IMG/VR virus record: IMGVR_UViG_3300038701_001110
Coordinates: 1-63,042 of that record
Reading direction: 5' to 3' (one strand)
DNA from: a virus
Length of the DNA: 63,042 nucleotides
Shown here: one piece after another, positions 60,169 through 63,042 of the stretch
How the letters are laid out: each line of letters starts with the position of its first letter
Position numbering within the stretch: position 1 is the first letter of the stretch
Notes under the pieces: generated by a model
What the model saw: the letters and a program-made list of their open reading frames with translations, nothing else
The model's database searches: none
Told to the model about the DNA's origin: nothing
Position numbers and translations under genes: made by a program

Positions 60169-61725
60169 TCAGTAATACTCTACTCGGGGCCGATATGGCA
60201 ATTCGTACTCTTCCTCGTCAGTGGGTAGCCTGACGAACCCGCCCTGTCTGAAACGCATAAGCGCCATCACCGTGGAGTCCACAAGGTCGTCATGCGCCAT
60301 ATACGGGAACCCTGCGATCTCCTCAACGACCTGCTCGGCCCAGCGTGTGTCAGGCACCCACACCATACCAGAAGACACCATGTCCGTCACTGAGTTCAGA
60401 CGCGCGTGCTTATCACCTGTCCCCCGGTGTGGCGTGTACTCCTGCACAGCAATACCCATACGGCGAAGCTCCTGATAGATCGCAGTCCCCGCGCTCTTCT
60501 TCTCAACGATGAACGAGTCAGGCTGCCAGTCACGATACTCGTCAAGGCACATCTGCTTCAGCTCAGGGAACTCTAGCCGCTCCTTGATGGCATTCAGCAG
60601 GATGATACTGTGCATGTTCTCCTCTTCGTTGAAGAACACACCCCATGTTGTCAGCGCTGTGTAGTCAGCCCGGTTGTGCTTCTCGGCTGCGGCGTCCAGA
60701 GACATGATCAGGAACTCGCACGGGGGTGGACGCTCTTTTGTCCACCGGCGCCACCACTCCCGCTTGATGATCGCAGCTTCTTCGCCCGTCGGGTTCTGCT
60801 GGTACTGAGCATTCCACTGAAATGTCGGCATGCTTGCCTTTGTGCGCCTCAGCGCCGGCAGATCGAAAAACTCCGGCCACAGGGCACGCTCACTCAAGGT
60901 GCCGTCAGGCTGCTTGGTCTCGATGATCGCCGGGAACTCAAACACCTCGAACTGGTCGGCGTCTTCGTTCTGCGTCATGTCGCGGATCACGCGACCGATG
61001 AGATCTTCCTCACTCCATCGTGTATGGACCACCGCCACGCGCCCACCCGGCATGAGGCGGGTCCGAGCCCCGTATGCGTACCACTCATACGCTTTGGCGA
61101 AGATCTCGAGGTTGCCGCTCAGGATGTCCTGTTCCGAGTGCGGGTCGTCAATCAGCAGCAGGTGGGCGCCTCGGCCGGCGAGAGCCGACCCAACACCCGT
61201 GGCGTAGAACTCACCGCCGTCTGTCGTGTTCCAGCGCCCCGCGGACTTGCTGTCCTTGGCCAGCTCCACGCCCGGGAAAATCTCCCGAAACTCGTCCGTC
61301 GCGATCAGGTTCCGCACCTTCCGGCCGAAATCCACAGCGAGGTCCGTCGTGTGTGAGACAAGCATGACCTTGTGGGCGGGGTTTCGACCAAGATACCACG
61401 CCGCGTAGTATATAGAGACCATCTGGGACTTGCCGTGCCGCGGCGGAACCGAAACACAGATACGGTCCTTGCGACCACGCTCGATGTCCTCCAGAAGCGT
61501 TGCAAGCTTCCGGTGATGGGCGCCGACCTTATAGTCCTCCTGCATGTGTTTGCAGAACTCAATCAGGCTCTTCTGGCACGCCTCCACATGTTGGCGCTTC
61601 TCGAGCTCATCCACCAGCTTATACACTTCCGCCACTTCCTCGTCAGAGAACTGATCGAGGTTGTCCAGCATCTTCTGGATCTCTGCAGGGGTGAAACCTA
61701 CAGGTATGGCGGTGTGTGCGTTCAC
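60169..61725 (-). CDS. terL: Terminase large subunit, 518 aa
   Basis: Walker A-like VPPRHGKS, Walker B LLLIDDPH, and a C-terminal RNase H-like nuclease region (SLDAAA...D). GTG start in a GTGA overlap with the upstream stop. Confidence 0.85.
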   Translation of the reverse strand: MNAHTAIPVGFTPAEIQKMLDNLDQFSDEEVAEVYKLVDELEKRQHVEACQKSLIEFCKHMQEDYKVGAHHRKLATLLEDIERGRKDRICVSVPPRHGKSQMVSIYYAAWYLGRNPAHKVMLVSHTTDLAVDFGRKVRNLIATDEFREIFPGVELAKDSKSAGRWNTTDGGEFYATGVGSALAGRGAHLLLIDDPHSEQDILSGNLEIFAKAYEWYAYGARTRLMPGGRVAVVHTRWSEEDLIGRVIRDMTQNEDADQFEVFEFPAIIETKQPDGTLSERALWPEFFDLPALRRTKASMPTFQWNAQYQQNPTGEEAAIIKREWWRRWTKERPPPCEFLIMSLDAAAEKHNRADYTALTTWGVFFNEEENMHSIILLNAIKERLEFPELKQMCLDEYRDWQPDSFIVEKKSAGTAIYQELRRMGIAVQEYTPHRGTGDKHARLNSVTDMVSSGMVWVPDTRWAEQVVEEIAGFPYMAHDDLVDSTVMALMRFRQGGFVRLPTDEEEYELPYRPRVEYY

Positions 61726-61988
61726 TCGCGCGTCTCAAGGTCTAGGTTAACAAGGCTGGCTTTGGCCATCTCGAGGGCCCCCACCATAGAGAACCCCTCA
61801 ATGACACCAACGACAGAGTAGGCTGTTGTTCGATCCCGATACATGGTGGCAGCCGCCATGCCAAGAATCTCGCCGGACTTCGCCTGCTCCAGCATCTCCT
61901 CGAGATACCCGATCAGTGCTGGGCTATTCTCTTTTGCCATTGGTACGGGTCCACCATGCACAGACACCACATTGGTTTCTTCCGACAT
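61722..61988 (-). CDS. Hypothetical protein, 88 aa
   Basis: TGATG junction with the upstream gene and a GTGA junction with terL. Confidence 0.7.
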   Translation of the reverse strand: MSEETNVVSVHGGPVPMAKENSPALIGYLEEMLEQAKSGEILGMAAATMYRDRTTAYSVVGVIEGFSMVGALEMAKASLVNLDLETRE

Positions 61989-62551
61989 CAGTCCTCCACG
62001 ATATCTGCATCTTCCACGGACGCCGTGACATCCTTCATGCGGCTCAGCTTCTTGCGCAAGCTGTCTCGCAGGTCATCAGTGCTCTGGTGGGTCACAGTCA
62101 CCTCGCTCCGCTCCGTGAACAAGCCAACATCCGTGATCTTACCAAGCATCTCGAGCGCCTTGATCCGGATCCGCGGGTCAGGGTTGTCTGTCTCTTCCAG
62201 AAGCTTGTTGGTGACGTAGTTCCGCACTTGCACGGAGCTTTTCACAATGGCGTGTCCGAAATCGTCAAGCATGCGCTCAGTCATCCGCAGGGCGGCCGGC
62301 GTTGTCTTGGCTATGTTCGCAGTTGTCACGCTTCGGGACGTCTTCTCCGGATTCTTGGCGTACTCTGTCGTAAGCGCAGAGGCGACCGCAAGATCATTTT
62401 GTGTGGGTTCCGGGTCGTCCAAACCATGCTCGGCCAATAGGTCGGCAGCTGCTGCTGCTGCACGGGCCTTCACAAGCAGGTCTTCTTTGGTTGTCTCGTC
62501 CATTTTCGTTGGCAGGGGCACGCCCCTCTCTATGTTCAGGTGCAGAGTCAT
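61988..62551 (-). CDS. terS: Terminase small subunit candidate, 187 aa
   Basis: First gene of the late operon, with a GGAGG RBS. The segment DPRIRIKALEMLGKITDVGLF resembles the conserved helix of P27-type small terminases. By eye only. Confidence 0.5.
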   Translation of the reverse strand: MTLHLNIERGVPLPTKMDETTKEDLLVKARAAAAAADLLAEHGLDDPEPTQNDLAVASALTTEYAKNPEKTSRSVTTANIAKTTPAALRMTERMLDDFGHAIVKSSVQVRNYVTNKLLEETDNPDPRIRIKALEMLGKITDVGLFTERSEVTVTHQSTDDLRDSLRKKLSRMKDVTASVEDADIVED

Positions 62552-62630
62552 GGTGACCTCCGTTTGGTGTAAGTTAGCACTTGACTGTTTGTATGGCTAG
62601 AGGCACGATTTTCGCACCTCCCTGTGACTT

Positions 62631-62662
62631 GCCCCCGGATATACCCCGGGGGCTTTCTTTTT
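62631..62662 (+). terminator. Orphan + strand terminator-like hairpin in the control region
   Basis: GCCCCCGG-ATATACC-CCGGGGGC followed by TTTCTTTTT. No + strand gene precedes it. Confidence 0.45.
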
Positions 62663-62730
62663 GGGTCCCCTTTCTCCGATCTTTCCGGTTGGCAGGGGGT
62701 GGGGGTCTTGCTGCGCTGCAGAAAAACGAA

Positions 62731-62740
62731 GGGGGGGGGG
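62731..62740. repeat. G10 homopolymer
   Basis: Ten consecutive G, read directly, with two G5 runs 26-36 nt upstream. Confidence 0.9.
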
Positions 62741-62754
62741 TGTACGAAATACAC
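62740..62754. promoter_or_regulatory. Inverted repeat GTGTA-CGAAA-TACAC, copy 1
   Basis: An identical 15-mer occurs again at 62792-62806 (52-bp spacing). Confidence 0.6.
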
Positions 62755-62791
62755 GTAACGGTTGTGCTGCTAGGTGCAAGTGGTTGGGACG

Positions 62792-62806
62792 GTGTACGAA
62801 ATACAC
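62792..62806. promoter_or_regulatory. Inverted repeat GTGTA-CGAAA-TACAC, copy 2
   Basis: Identical to 62740-62754. Both copies are preceded by GG. Confidence 0.6.
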
Positions 62807-62860
62807 CAAAACCAGATTTGTTGGAGTGGAATAGTATTACATACAGCTGCACGCGCGCGC

Positions 62861-62883
62861 GTAAAACAGGGGGGTCGCCCCCC
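62861..62883 (-). terminator. Minus-strand terminator-like hairpin
   Basis: GGGGGG-CGA-CCCCCC followed by UGUUUUAC on the minus strand. Preceded on the + strand by the self-complementary ACGCGCGCGCGT. Confidence 0.4.
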
Positions 62884-62902
62884 GGTGGGGTTCCGGTATC
62901 CG

Positions 62903-62915
62903 ATACGTTGCGTAT
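62903..62915. promoter_or_regulatory. Core-only palindrome ATACG-TTG-CGTAT abutting the right 9-mer array
   Basis: Same core as 1149-1163 and 1207-1219. Ends 2 nt before the first GATGGCGGC unit. Confidence 0.5.
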
Positions 62916-62917
62916 GC

Positions 62918-63042
62918 GATGGCGGCGATGGCGGCGATGGCGGCGATGGCGGCGATGGCGGCGATGGCGGCGATGGCGGCGATGGCGGCGATGGCGGCGA
63001 TGGCGGCGATGGCGGCGATGGCGGCGATGGCGGCGATGGCGG
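62918..63042. repeat. Tandem array of GATGGCGGC, 13 units plus 8 nt, at the right contig end
   Basis: Read directly. Identical to bases 1-125. Confidence 0.95.

Noticed and set aside
62691-62740. Canonical G-quadruplex
   Set aside because: Two G5 runs and a G10 run are present, but the loop between the second and third runs is about 25 nt, longer than in canonical G4 definitions. It is noted only as a possibility within the control-region finding.

Overview
This 63,042-nt window reads as one complete, or circularly closed, GC-rich tailed dsDNA phage genome rather than a chromosomal segment. Both ends are the same 9-bp microsatellite, GATGGCGGC (bases 1-125 are identical to 62918-63042). There are two convergent transcription arms. 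The rightward early/replication arm (+ strand, about 300-25500) carries a MoxR-type AAA+ ATPase, a VWA/HExxH protein, VRR-NUC and Cas4-like nucleases, a DEDDh exonuclease, a family-B DNA polymerase split in two by a free-standing homing-endonuclease gene, an SNF2 helicase, an SSB-like protein and an AEP primase-helicase. The leftward late arm (- strand, 62551 down to 25583) carries small and large terminase, portal, a GroES-like protein, scaffold, major capsid, tail and fiber genes, an endolysin with overlapping spanins, and glycine-rich and very large internal virion proteins. The arms meet at a hairpin terminator at 25553-25585. I recognise no tape measure, sheath, integrase, phage RNA polymerase, tRNA, rRNA or CRISPR array, so a podovirus-like, lytic architecture is an inference. 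The most unusual items are: (1) two tandem early ORFs made almost entirely of Gly/Tyr/Asn/Asp repeats (3157-3646); (2) a 19-bp palindrome, GTTATRCG-N3-CGYATAAC, placed 1-22 nt upstream of at least ten early-arm start codons and absent from the late arm, with stem covariation and in several copies a competing upstream hairpin; (3) an array of about 25-nt direct repeats in a 500-bp non-coding gap (12409-12811); (4) an AT-rich island packed with GAAWGTTCC 9-mers (1761-2153); (5) the split PolB; (6) the microsatellite termini next to the terS-like gene. All functional calls come from motif reading by eye, with no database search run.
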